Assembly (NCBI GenBank): GCA_044225175.1
Contig: JBGAJA010000001.1
Location: 742,711-806,710 of the forward strand
Origin: Candidatus Omnitrophota bacterium
Lineage (GTDB): Bacteria; Omnitrophota; Gorgyraeia; Zapsychrales; Fredricksoniimonadaceae
Reading direction: 5' to 3'
DNA: 64,000 bases
Positions 1-9,060 of the stretch are shown in pieces. Position 1 is the stretch's first letter; each line of letters opens with the position of its first letter. The notes under the pieces were generated by a model. That model was given only the letters and a program-made list of their open reading frames with translations, did not search any database and was not told where the DNA came from. Made by a program: the position numbers and the translations under genes.

Positions 1-1762
1 TTTTAAATTCTGAATCGTTTGCAACAATGCTTTTGCTGCTTCATGTGGGCCTGTACGTTCCCAGCCATTTAAACCTAAACGGGTTCTCATTTGGCCCATG
101 TAAACATTGGCTTTAAAGAATGCATGGAAATACTTTTCAGCAATTTTGTCATGCAATTCTCTGTATTGAACAGGTCCAAAGACGTTTGCAAAGTAAGAAT
201 GCACAATACCACTTGTGGTTGTTGTTCCTTTGCTCATGACTGTTCCTTCTTTAAATACCTTCAAAGCAGTCTCAGCATTGGTGAACTTTTCAATAACAGG
301 ATGATCCTCATCTAGATCTTCGTAATTATTAGCATAAAGGATAAAATCAAGCTTATGACCTTTGATTAAGCAGTTGAATGTCGTCACAGGTAAGATAATA
401 CGAGCATTCACCTGATTCGCATTCATGATGATCGCTCTGTCAATTTGACCAAGCGCATATCCAGGCTGCAAATCATCTAAACGCAAGAAAGCACCGATTT
501 CTGTTCCATATCCAATGATCGAACCATCAGGGGCTATATCAAAAGACCCCATATCATCTGCAATAATAATAATATCTTGAATCTCATTTTCACCTAAGGA
601 ACGTAAAGCTTCTAAAGTTTCAGACTTACCAGCACCCGTATCTCCTATAAATAAGAATGTGAGATCTTTGTTGCCCTTTAAGATCAAACGGACCATAGCG
701 CCATGGAAAGGCAGACGGCCGAACTTCATGATCTTAATGTTATGCAACGTTAACACCATCTTCTTTAAATAGCCGAAATAACCAAATTCATCACGTCCTG
801 GAACAGCGCCAACTAACATGTCATTTGTTTCGTCATCATAAAAGACAGTTGGCATTTTGCCATAATGATCCAACGCATCCCCCTGAACGCCAAATGTATA
901 CACAGCATCAGGCTTGCGTTTCAAATCCTCATCATCAGCCATATCAAAAAGATTACATAAAGACAGGCCTAGTTCGAAAAATTTCTTATGGAAATATACC
1001 AACATAAGCAACGGACCAACCTTAGCTGGATAGCAAAGCCATTCATCTTTATTAAGGGAAACATCTTCTAAGGGATTCTTTTGAATGCGTTCAAATTTAC
1101 CGGTACGCTTATTCATGGGAGGATTCAAAATTAGTGGAGGATACAACAAAATTTGACGAATCATTGGTATACCTTGAAGCTTCTGATAGCTTCCTGCAGG
1201 CAAGTTCACCTGACGAGGAGATGTAATGACACCCACCTCAGCTCCTGCAATAACCTGACGATAGATTCTAGGGTGATGGTTAAGAAGATTTTCTGCAATA
1301 TCACGATATGTACTGCGAATCAAATGGCTTAATGGCTCAACCAAATCATTAAACGCTCGATAAGGTCTATGATCAAATTCACGGTTTGTTGAATCACAAA
1401 TAATAAAACGCTCAAATGAACGCCAATAGTTGTAGACGTAATCAATAAAGTCATTAAAAAGGTGTCTATCACGCAAAAACTCATCCGAACCAGGAACAGC
1501 ATTAGGTAAAAGATCAACAGAGTTTTTAGTTAAGAATTTTAAAGTTTGAATTAAAAGATTAACATTCTTCTCTTGATAGGAAGATCCAGATAAAAAAATG
1601 TTCAAAAGGATAGAGTTCTTACGTTTTAACGCATCTAAAGAACGAATAAGAATTTGTCTAAAAAGATCGCTCTCCACGACTTCACTTGTTGTAAAACAAG
1701 GATTTTCATGAATACGCATAATAACTTTGTTACCAAAAACGTCAAAATTAGAGATTGCCATC
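1..1762 (-). CDS. Hypothetical protein with HprK/PEPCK-like P-loop kinase motif; 3' end lies beyond the window
   Basis: Uninterrupted minus-strand frame from ATG (revcomp of 1760-1762) to the window edge, ~587 codons with no stop. Motif FLFIGDTGAGKSETLEAL...IIIADDMGSFDI resembles the HPr kinase C-terminal P-loop. Absent from the ORF track, presumably because no stop codon falls inside the window. Confidence 0.5.
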
Positions 1763-1852
1763 AACTAATTCCCCTTCTAATCCTTAAGTTGTTAAATAAG
1801 AACCTTGACCTACTTACAAGCTCAAAGACGAAAGTTTTTGAGCAAAGAAGAA

Positions 1853-1939
1853 CGGAGAGGCAGGGATTCGAACCCTGGGACCAGTTGCCCGGTCAAGTGA
1901 TTAGCAGTCACTTGCAATCGGCCACTCTGCCACCTCTCC
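1853..1939 (-). tRNA. tRNA-Ser (anticodon GCU)
   Basis: Revcomp reads GGAGAGG..AGTGA-CTGCTAA-TCACT..long variable arm GACCGGGCAACTGGTC..CAGGGTTCGAATCCCTG-CCTCTCC-G. Cloverleaf with T-loop TTCGAAT and a long variable arm typical of Ser. No encoded CCA. Confidence 0.85.
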
Positions 1940-2011
1940 ATATATGAAAATTGAGATTAGAAATTTGAAAGTAGACATCAAATCTCTAATTTCAAATCTC
2001 AAATAAATTAC

Positions 2012-2476
2012 TTAATTATTCTTACTTCTCTTCTTCTTAAAAAAATCACTGAGCAGAAACCCACACTGCTCAGATAATAAATCACTCTGAATATCCAGAC
2101 GATGATTAAGTTCTTTGTGATTGGCAATGTTAATGATGGAACCACAGGCGCCAGCTTTTGGATCTGAAGCACCAAAACATACACGATCCAGACGAGCGAG
2201 TACTAATGCCCCAGCGCACATCGAACAGGGCTCGATTGTAACATAGAGGGTACAATCCTGCAACCACTTCGATGATAAATAGTTAGTCGCAGATGTTAGA
2301 GTAATCATTTCAGCATGCGCGGTGGGATCCTTTAATGTTTCGACTTGATTATGTCCCCTGGCAATAATTTTCTTATCATGAACAATCACAGCTCCAATGG
2401 GGACTTCATCTTCTTCCAAAGCCTTCTTGGCCTCTTTAAGCGCTTCTTGCATAAAAATTTCATCGATATTAATCAT
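2012..2476 (-). CDS. tadA: tRNA-specific adenosine deaminase
   Basis: 154-aa ORF with CDA zinc motifs HAEMITL and PCSMCAGAL. Confidence 0.9.
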   Translation of the reverse strand: MINIDEIFMQEALKEAKKALEEDEVPIGAVIVHDKKIIARGHNQVETLKDPTAHAEMITLTSATNYLSSKWLQDCTLYVTIEPCSMCAGALVLARLDRVCFGASDPKAGACGSIINIANHKELNHRLDIQSDLLSEQCGFLLSDFFKKKRSKNN

Positions 2477-2479
2477 AAA

Positions 2480-3193
2480 TTATTGGACGGCGGGAAGGAG
2501 TATTCTTACCTGGGTACCTTTTCGTTGAGAACTATAGATATTTATGGTTCCTCCAGAGCTCTTTACAATACCATACACCACAGATAAGCCTAAACCCGAG
2601 CTCTTTTCAATATCATGTTCCTGGGTCATAACAAATGGTTCAAATACCTTGGCCAAACGTTGATTGGACATCCCCACTCCATTATCGGAAATCTCAACAA
2701 CAACATCCTTTGAACTATCCTTAAATTTCGTACGAATTTTAATTTCGCCACCGGCAGGCATAGCGTTCATGCAGTTAGTTAAGAGATTGTGAATCACCTG
2801 ATGCCCATCTAAGGCATTAATTTTGACCAGCGGAATACTGCTATCCAAGCGAATCGTTGTCTTTATTTTAGAATTAAACAAAGATGACTTTAATAAGTGA
2901 ATGATGTCATTGATCACTTGATTAATATTACAGGACCCCTCCTGAACTTTGAATGATTCCGACCCACTTAATTCTTGAGCTGACTCATAACATTTTTGGA
3001 TTTGCTTATTCATTTGTTCAAGGGTCAAAAGCATCTGTTTGAAATCTTTAAAGGAAATATATTCAAAATTCTTAGCTTTATAGGTATCTAAAAGCTTTTG
3101 AGAGCTTAAAGAAAGGGTTTTTAAGGGAGAACTGATTTTCTGAATGAGGAGTGATTGGAAGTTGGAAGATTGAGAACTTTTATTCTTTATCAT
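2480..3193 (-). CDS. Histidine-kinase-like ATPase protein: soluble, HATPase_c domain, degenerate H-box
   Basis: 237 aa. C-terminal GHKL motifs NAMPAGGEI / DNGVGM / GLGLSVV. Putative DHp region reads KISSPLKTL with Ser where the phospho-acceptor His is expected. No TM segments. Confidence 0.65.
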   Translation of the reverse strand: MIKNKSSQSSNFQSLLIQKISSPLKTLSLSSQKLLDTYKAKNFEYISFKDFKQMLLTLEQMNKQIQKCYESAQELSGSESFKVQEGSCNINQVINDIIHLLKSSLFNSKIKTTIRLDSSIPLVKINALDGHQVIHNLLTNCMNAMPAGGEIKIRTKFKDSSKDVVVEISDNGVGMSNQRLAKVFEPFVMTQEHDIEKSSGLGLSVVYGIVKSSGGTINIYSSQRKGTQVRILLPAVQ

Positions 3194-3211
3194 ATATTCA
3201 GCGAAGAAAAA

Positions 3212-3285
3212 CGCGCCTGAGAGGGATCGAACCTCTAACCCTCAGTTCCGTAGACTGATGCTCTATCCAATTGAGCTACAGGCGC
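3212..3285 (-). tRNA. tRNA-Arg (anticodon ACG)
   Basis: Revcomp reads GCGCCTG-TA-GCTCAATTGGATAGAGC-A-TCAGT-CTACGGA-ACTGA-GGGTT-AGAGGTTCGATCCCTCT-CAGGCGC-G. Canonical 74-nt cloverleaf. Confidence 0.85.
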
Positions 3286-3338
3286 AAATGTATCCAAATA
3301 GAACGAAATTTATAGCAGATTTACAAGTAGCTGTCCAG

Positions 3339-3357
3339 CAGCTTTTCTAGCATTGTC
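3339..3357. repeat. 19-bp direct repeat flanking IS, left copy (cagcttttctagcattgtc)
   Basis: 18/19 identical to 4760-4778. It sits 4 bp outside the left IS terminus. Confidence 0.6.
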
Positions 3358-3361
3358 CCGC

Positions 3362-4752
3362 CAAAATAGAAATGTCCGCTTTCTACCAAATTAGAAATGT
3401 CCGCTTTTTGTATAACTGCCTGGCAACTTAAATAAGCGAAAACCATTGGTCAAGGCCACTGGTCTTCTGCTTCTAAATTTAGGAAATCTACGCTTAACTG
3501 GTTGATATACTTTGGCTGCTGGTCTATCTATTGGCTTAAAATTAAGCCTGTTTTTACCATGCAAGATACCTATCTGTCCATCAAGATATTCATGCACCAC
3601 AACCCGCTGAGCCCTGGTTTTGTCTAACACCTGATACCATTGATTATTGTGCACCAATGTTCGGTCATTACGTAACACATGTCCTGTCTGCACAGATAAT
3701 ATATCCTCGAGGTTAGTCTTTTTAGGAACCGACCTGTGAAAATCCCCACTGCCACGGGCCAATACCTCAAACTTCTTATTAAAAACAGGTAAATACGTTT
3801 TAAGTAGTCGGTTGGCATCTTCAAGGCTATTGATCTGTTCTAAACGTAATTCTTTAACTAATCTATCTTGTAGAGTCTCAAAGACCCGCTCAACACGTCC
3901 CTTAGCCTGCGGACTATGGGCAAATATAAGCTCTATACCAAGCTCGTGACAGGCTCTGCCAAACTGAGTCAATTCTTCTTCATCTCTAAATGGCCAATCT
4001 ATAAAAGTATTCTTACGATTGTTTTTGTACGTCGAGTGTTTATCTAAATAAATGCTTGCCGGCAGCCCATAACGCTGAATATAGCCCTTCAATCCTGCCA
4101 TCGCAGGCATCGTACCTTCATAATCATGAAATTCACCATGAAATCGACTATTAGCATCATCAATATATCCCATTAATACCAATTTAGGCCCTCGGCCTTC
4201 CAACCAATCATGATGACTGCCATCCATCTGCACCATCTGCCCAAAATGTTCACGGCGTTCTCGCCTTGTCCTATCTTTAGGCTTTGCTCTCTTGCTTAAT
4301 TGCCAAAGACCTTCTTTAATCAACCATAATCGCAACGTCTCATCACAGACCGTAATTCCATCCCGCTCCAACAACTTCTCCGACGCTAACACAGGTCCAA
4401 AATCCCAATAACTCTTCCTGTATAAATCTAAAACCTTCTTCCTAAAGCTTAATCCTATCTTACGGTTGCCTTCTTTACCTCTAAGCTTATGAATGACCCC
4501 AGCTTCTCCTTCACGCTCAATGCGTCTTATGATTCGCCGCACTTGCCTGCTATCCAATTTTAAATATTCTGCCGCTTCCTTTTGCTTGATCTGCTTATCA
4601 ATGACTTTTCGAATCACTTGATATCTTTTGATCTCCTTGCGACTCATCATAAAAATGTCCTTCCCGTTGTCCATAATGCCTCCTTGATTGCATTATGAAC
4701 ATTCTAAAAGCGGACATTCTTATTTTGGTCAATCCGGACAATTCTATTTTGG
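3362..4752 (-). mobile_element. Insertion sequence (~1.39 kb) carrying a single DDE/rve transposase gene with ~50-bp imperfect terminal inverted repeats
   Basis: Left end is ccaaaatagaaatgtccgctttctaccaaattagaaatgtccgctttttg. Revcomp of the right end is accaaaatagaattgtccggattgaccaaaataagaatgtccgcttttag. Each end contains the internal duplicated motif AGAAATGTCCGCTTT. Flanked by a near-identical 19-bp direct repeat. Confidence 0.75.
3391..4674 (-). CDS. IS transposase: N-terminal HTH plus integrase-core (rve, DDE) domain
   Basis: 427-aa ORF. N-terminal HTH-like region (KEAAEYLKLDSRQVRRIIRR), then an integrase-core region with acidic residues (VQMDGSHHDW, YIDDANSRF). Size and layout fit IS481/ISNCY-type transposases. 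The true start may be the internal Met (MMSRKEIKRY). Confidence 0.8.
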   Translation of the reverse strand: MDNGKDIFMMSRKEIKRYQVIRKVIDKQIKQKEAAEYLKLDSRQVRRIIRRIEREGEAGVIHKLRGKEGNRKIGLSFRKKVLDLYRKSYWDFGPVLASEKLLERDGITVCDETLRLWLIKEGLWQLSKRAKPKDRTRRERREHFGQMVQMDGSHHDWLEGRGPKLVLMGYIDDANSRFHGEFHDYEGTMPAMAGLKGYIQRYGLPASIYLDKHSTYKNNRKNTFIDWPFRDEEELTQFGRACHELGIELIFAHSPQAKGRVERVFETLQDRLVKELRLEQINSLEDANRLLKTYLPVFNKKFEVLARGSGDFHRSVPKKTNLEDILSVQTGHVLRNDRTLVHNNQWYQVLDKTRAQRVVVHEYLDGQIGILHGKNRLNFKPIDRPAAKVYQPVKRRFPKFRSRRPVALTNGFRLFKLPGSYTKSGHF

Positions 4753-4759
4753 TATTACA

Positions 4760-4778
4760 CAGCTTTTCTAGCATCGTC
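4760..4778. repeat. 19-bp direct repeat flanking IS, right copy (cagcttttctagcatcgtc)
   Basis: Matches 3339-3357 with one mismatch. It sits 8 bp outside the right IS terminus. Confidence 0.6.
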
Positions 4779-4806
4779 GAATAGATTCTACTGCCCTATT
4801 TTAATA

Positions 4807-4841
4807 AGAAAGCCCCTAGTACATATACAAGGGGCTTTCTT
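4807..4841 (-). terminator. Putative rho-independent terminator downstream of the N/Q-rich protein gene
   Basis: Perfect 12-bp stem AAGAAAGCCCCT / AGGGGCTTTCTT with an ~11-nt loop. On the minus strand it is followed by the A/U-rich tract UUAUUAAAAUA. Confidence 0.5.
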
Positions 4842-4865
4842 AACACTACAGGAGAATCAATGAGA

Positions 4866-5675
4866 TTACTTTAAAGATCGGCTACTCTTCGATTTTGATC
4901 CTGAGTGTGATTTAATGGAACTTGTTTGACCACCAGATCCTTTTTGAGATGTTGATCGACTAGGAGAAGAACCATTACTCTCACGCGATGATCTTGAAGG
5001 GGTTCGTGATCCTTGAGACCGAGAACCATGAGATTCTCTAGATTGTTGAAAATTTTGAGAATCATCTTGGTCCCAGCCTTGATTTTGAGAATCTCTCGAC
5101 ATTGAAGAGTTTTGATTTTGCCAATTATCATTATTGTCATTTTGATAATCAGAACGGCTCCTTTGAGAAGATTGGTTATTTTGATACCTCATATCATCAT
5201 TTTGATTATTTCTTGAGCGTGAATGTTGACTACGATCTTGGTCATAATCATCATTTTGATTCTGATTTCTTTCTCTATTTTGAGAATGATTAGAGTATTC
5301 ATCATTACTATTATTACTATTGCGAGAATTCGTACGTTCTCGGTCTTGAGATTGATAATTGGAGTTATTCCAATTCTTAGTGGAACTGAATCGTTCTTGC
5401 TCACGAGGCTGTGAATATTCTCCTCTGCTTGGATTGATTTGATTCATTGGTCTATTATCATCAAAATCTTCATCATTAGATTGATTTTGATTATTACGAT
5501 TGGAACGATGGTCATTCCAGTCATTACCTTGATTTGTATATTCTGGCGACTGCCAAGGTTCATCCCCATAATGGGGTTGTGAAGAACGCTTAGAATCTTT
5601 TTGTTGTCTATCATCATAATCTTGATAAGAGTCCTGATTTCTTCTAGGCTGCGGGTTTCTTGATGAATTTTTCAT
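4866..5675 (-). CDS. Low-complexity N/Q/S/D/R-rich hydrophilic protein; predicted intrinsically disordered, no signal peptide or TM
   Basis: 269-aa ORF. Strong SD (AAGGAGGGTAAT) 5-6 nt upstream of ATG. Terminator hairpin downstream. Sequence is dominated by N, Q, S, D, R, with repeated NQN/SRS/DYQ-type motifs. Confidence 0.6.
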   Translation of the reverse strand: MKNSSRNPQPRRNQDSYQDYDDRQQKDSKRSSQPHYGDEPWQSPEYTNQGNDWNDHRSNRNNQNQSNDEDFDDNRPMNQINPSRGEYSQPREQERFSSTKNWNNSNYQSQDRERTNSRNSNNSNDEYSNHSQNRERNQNQNDDYDQDRSQHSRSRNNQNDDMRYQNNQSSQRSRSDYQNDNNDNWQNQNSSMSRDSQNQGWDQDDSQNFQQSRESHGSRSQGSRTPSRSSRESNGSSPSRSTSQKGSGGQTSSIKSHSGSKSKSSRSLK

Positions 5676-5768
5676 ATTACCCTCCTTATTAAATAAGATT
5701 ATTCTTACTTAAGCACATTTTAGAGGACTGCTAATGAAGAGAAGATGAAAAGAAAATTAAAAAATGGA

Positions 5769-8285
5769 TTATTTTACAAATTTTTCTAAAATTTTTAAAG
5801 ATTTAGACATATCTATTCCTTTTCCGAAAACACCTTTGAATAAATCTCCTTTTTTCTTTAAACGCATAGGCATTGTTTTAATATTAAAATCTTGGATCTT
5901 AAGACTGCGATTCACTTCTTTCCACTCTAACGGAGCCGATACAGGAGCTTGGGGTTTAGGACGAAGACAATAAGCTACTGCCATTGTTGAAGCGTAATGA
6001 TTCTGCAAATAATCCAAATAGATAAGACCTTTTCTTTTCGAAGGACTTCTTTCTAAGCTTGTAACTTCAGGAGCCTGTTTATTAATGGCCATACATAAAA
6101 TCTGAGAAAAATTCTTTGTTTGCTCAAAATCATATTTCTTCTTTAAAGGAATATAAACATGAATTCCCCTTGATCCTGAAGTCTTACAGAAACCTTCCAT
6201 TTTGCAATGATCCATAATCTTCTTGGCAATTAAAACAGTATCTACAATAACCGGAAACTTCACATCAACTGGATCAAAATCTAAAACTAAAAAATCAGGA
6301 TGATGCGGTTTTACAATATCCGAACACCAGGCATTGAGTTCAATGCATCCTAAGTTATTCATTAAAGCCAGAGTCTCTTTATCTTTTCCAATTAAATAAT
6401 GAGTGATTTCATCATCTGTTTCGGATTTTAAAGACATTATCTTCACCCATTCAGGTGTTTTAAAATTAATATCTTTCTGGAAGAAACCAGGATCATTAAT
6501 TCCATCGGGTTGTCTATGCATCGATAAAGGCCGATTTTTAATATGTGGAATAATAAATGGAGCGATCTCTTGATAATAACGAATCATATCTCCTTTGGTA
6601 TAACCATCATCTGGCCAGAACACTTTATCTAAATTTGTTAAAGGAGTTCTAAGATTTAAATCAACCGTTTTATTCTCTGAATTTTCCTTTAGTAAAATCT
6701 TCTTTATCATGATTGGCTTTTCCTGCAAAACTTCTTGAGGCTTCTTATCTTCTCTTAAACCAAGGAATATGGGTTGACGCATATGTCCATCATCGGTCCA
6801 TTCTTGAAATTTAACCTGACATAATAATTGTGGTTTAACCCATGTGACGGGGGCATTGGTGGCTGGTCTTGTATTAAAAGGGCATTTGGATACGATTAAA
6901 GGCTTTAACTTTTGATAAATACTATTTAATAAGTCAAAATCAAATCCTCCACCCGCATGACCAATGTATTTAAGTTCTTTTGCCTTATAAACTCCAAGGA
7001 TTAAAGCTCCAAAAAACTTTCGGCTTCCTTTAGGTTGTGTAAATCCACAAATAATGGCTTCTTGCTCTTGAATAGCTTTGATTTTAAGCCAATTGGAAGA
7101 ACGTGCACCTATTTCATAGGGGCTTTGAAGATTCTTAGCAATAATCCCCTCTAAGCCGTTTTTCTTAGCAGCGTTATAAAAAGAAACTCCCTTGTCTTGA
7201 ATATAATCACTTAATCGGATAGATGGTAATTGGGGAATGACTTGTTTTAAAATTTCTTTACGGCGAGATAAGGGCAATCGATGCAAATCCAGGCCATTTA
7301 AATACAAAATATCAAACACATAGTAAATCAGCTGGCCGGCTTTAGGATCCTTAAGGTAGTTCTGTAGTAACTGAAAGCGACTCAAACCCTCTTGATCAAC
7401 AACAACCATTTCACCATCCAATAACATATCCTGAGGCAAATTTGTTAAGTCTCGAACAACATCAGGAAATTTCTCTGTATAAGTATTATCATTGCGAGAG
7501 TACAATCGCACTTTTTTCTTATTGATCTCAGCCAAGATCCTATATCCATCCCACTTCACCTCAAAAATCCAATCCTTGCGATCAAAAGGCTCATTAACAA
7601 GTGTAGCGAGCATGGGAGAAATTGTTTTAGGAAAAGAAGCTTTGGCTGCTCCCTCTAAATTAAGCTCTTTAGAAATTTTTGGAATTGTTTTCTTTACAGT
7701 GGATTTCCTTTTAGCATTATGAGAGATTTCATCTATAGAACGGCCTGTTTTTACAGAAACGTCATCATTTTTAATCGGTTGATCAGCAAATTCATCCGAT
7801 TTCTTAATTAAAAGCCATTGATTATCTTTCCCCCCTTGGATCTTGACTAATGTATAGAGGCCTTTGAGTTTATGTCCGTTAAGATAAAAAACTAACTTTC
7901 CTTTCTTTAAATCTTCTGTAATCTTTTTATCGTTGTCTTTCTTACTTAAATGTTCATCCACATAATACTCGCCATTATCCCAAAGCATAACCGTGCCTGC
8001 CCCATAGTTCCCCTCTGGGATTGTTCCTTCAAAGCTACCATAGTCAAAAGGATGATCTTCTACTTCAACAGCAAGACGTCTAGTATGAGGATTAGTGGAA
8101 ATTCCTTTAGGAACCGCCCAGCTTTTTAGAACACCATGATTCTCAAGACGAAAGTCATAATGCAAATGAGAAGCATCATGCTTTTGGACGACAAAATGCA
8201 ACTTTCCATTAGTATTGACCATCTGTGGTGGGGGCTCGGGAGTCTTCTTGAAATTTCTTTTCTTACGGTATTTACTCAGCGACAT
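5769..8285 (-). CDS. ligD: Multifunctional NHEJ DNA ligase D (phosphoesterase - ATP-dependent ligase - polymerase/primase)
   Basis: 838 aa. N-terminal PE motif KLHFVVQKHDASHLHYDFRLE. Central ligase motif KxDG (FEVKWDGYR). C-terminal LigD Pol region (VFWPDDGYTKGDMIRYY...HRQPDG). Confidence 0.9.
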   Translation of the reverse strand: MSLSKYRKKRNFKKTPEPPPQMVNTNGKLHFVVQKHDASHLHYDFRLENHGVLKSWAVPKGISTNPHTRRLAVEVEDHPFDYGSFEGTIPEGNYGAGTVMLWDNGEYYVDEHLSKKDNDKKITEDLKKGKLVFYLNGHKLKGLYTLVKIQGGKDNQWLLIKKSDEFADQPIKNDDVSVKTGRSIDEISHNAKRKSTVKKTIPKISKELNLEGAAKASFPKTISPMLATLVNEPFDRKDWIFEVKWDGYRILAEINKKKVRLYSRNDNTYTEKFPDVVRDLTNLPQDMLLDGEMVVVDQEGLSRFQLLQNYLKDPKAGQLIYYVFDILYLNGLDLHRLPLSRRKEILKQVIPQLPSIRLSDYIQDKGVSFYNAAKKNGLEGIIAKNLQSPYEIGARSSNWLKIKAIQEQEAIICGFTQPKGSRKFFGALILGVYKAKELKYIGHAGGGFDFDLLNSIYQKLKPLIVSKCPFNTRPATNAPVTWVKPQLLCQVKFQEWTDDGHMRQPIFLGLREDKKPQEVLQEKPIMIKKILLKENSENKTVDLNLRTPLTNLDKVFWPDDGYTKGDMIRYYQEIAPFIIPHIKNRPLSMHRQPDGINDPGFFQKDINFKTPEWVKIMSLKSETDDEITHYLIGKDKETLALMNNLGCIELNAWCSDIVKPHHPDFLVLDFDPVDVKFPVIVDTVLIAKKIMDHCKMEGFCKTSGSRGIHVYIPLKKKYDFEQTKNFSQILCMAINKQAPEVTSLERSPSKRKGLIYLDYLQNHYASTMAVAYCLRPKPQAPVSAPLEWKEVNRSLKIQDFNIKTMPMRLKKKGDLFKGVFGKGIDMSKSLKILEKFVK

Positions 8286-8289
8286 TGGA

Positions 8290-9060
8290 TTAACGCCCTG
8301 CAGTCGCCAGACTTTCTTTTAACCGAGCAACAATATCTGGGAGAGGGCCCTTTCGAGCAGTAAACTTCTTAATAGGAATTTTCTTACCTTTTTTCTTATC
8401 ATTGATGATCTGTCTTAGTTTCGCTGTGTAATCATCTTTAAATTTCTCAGGATGAAAAGGCTGGGATAATTTATCGATTAACTCTAAAGCTAAATCCATC
8501 TGATTTTTAGGGATTTTCACTTTTTCAGGAAGATGCAGCTCAGAGATGTCTAAGATCTCTTCATGAAAGCGCAGCATATTAAGTATAAGAACACTGCCTT
8601 GAGGTTTGATCATTGTTAAATGCTCTTTTTCCTTGAGAACAAATTTTCCAATACCCACCCTTTTAGACTCAATTAAAGCTTCTCTAAGCAAAGCATAGAC
8701 TTGCTTGGATTGTTTCTCAGGTTCAAGATAATAGGGTTTTTCTGCATACTTAATGTCGATATCTTTCTCTGGAACAAAGGCCTCGATATTGATTGAGTAT
8801 GTTTTTTCGATATCGGCCTGTTTAAAGTCATTCTCATCCAAAATAACATAATCCCCTTTCGTATATTCATACCCACGTACGATATCTTCTTTTTTGACCT
8901 CTTCTCCTGTACTACGACAAACCTTTGTATAACCTATAGGACATAAATCATTCTTGCGCAGCATATTAAAATGAATATGACTTTCTGTGACCGCGGTATA
9001 AAGCTTGACTGGAATATTTACTAAACCAAAGTTGATGGATCCTGTCCAAATAGCACGCAT
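8290..9060 (-). CDS. ku: Ku DNA end-binding protein
   Basis: 256 aa. N-terminus MRAIWTGSINFGLVNIPVKLYTA is the bacterial Ku signature. Lies immediately upstream of ligD. Confidence 0.9.
   Translation of the reverse strand: MRAIWTGSINFGLVNIPVKLYTAVTESHIHFNMLRKNDLCPIGYTKVCRSTGEEVKKEDIVRGYEYTKGDYVILDENDFKQADIEKTYSINIEAFVPEKDIDIKYAEKPYYLEPEKQSKQVYALLREALIESKRVGIGKFVLKEKEHLTMIKPQGSVLILNMLRFHEEILDISELHLPEKVKIPKNQMDLALELIDKLSQPFHPEKFKDDYTAKLRQIINDKKKGKKIPIKKFTARKGPLPDIVARLKESLATAGR

Noticed and set aside
91-1007. Plus-strand ORFs 91-315 and 825-1007 at the window start.
   Set aside because: They overlap the long uninterrupted minus-strand frame (1-1762) that has a recognisable P-loop kinase motif. 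They are antisense artefacts.
1654-1947. Plus-strand 97-aa ORF overlapping tRNA-Ser.
   Set aside because: It runs antisense across a canonical tRNA gene. No RBS, and no support.
1940-2011. Imperfect inverted repeat (gagattagaaatttgaaa ... tttcaaatctc) between tRNA-Ser and tadA.
   Set aside because: Arms do not pair well on inspection (A/T-rich near-repeats). Not reported.
3624-3824. Small ORFs from the six-frame track nested inside or antisense to long genes (e.g. 3624-3824, 4871-5140, 5189-5404, 12472-12750, 14120-14329, 37023-37322, 45439-45636, 58117-58443 and similar).
   Set aside because: They are fully embedded in much longer, well-supported CDSs, lack RBSs, and mostly arise from low-complexity or AT-rich antisense frames. 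I treat them as spurious.
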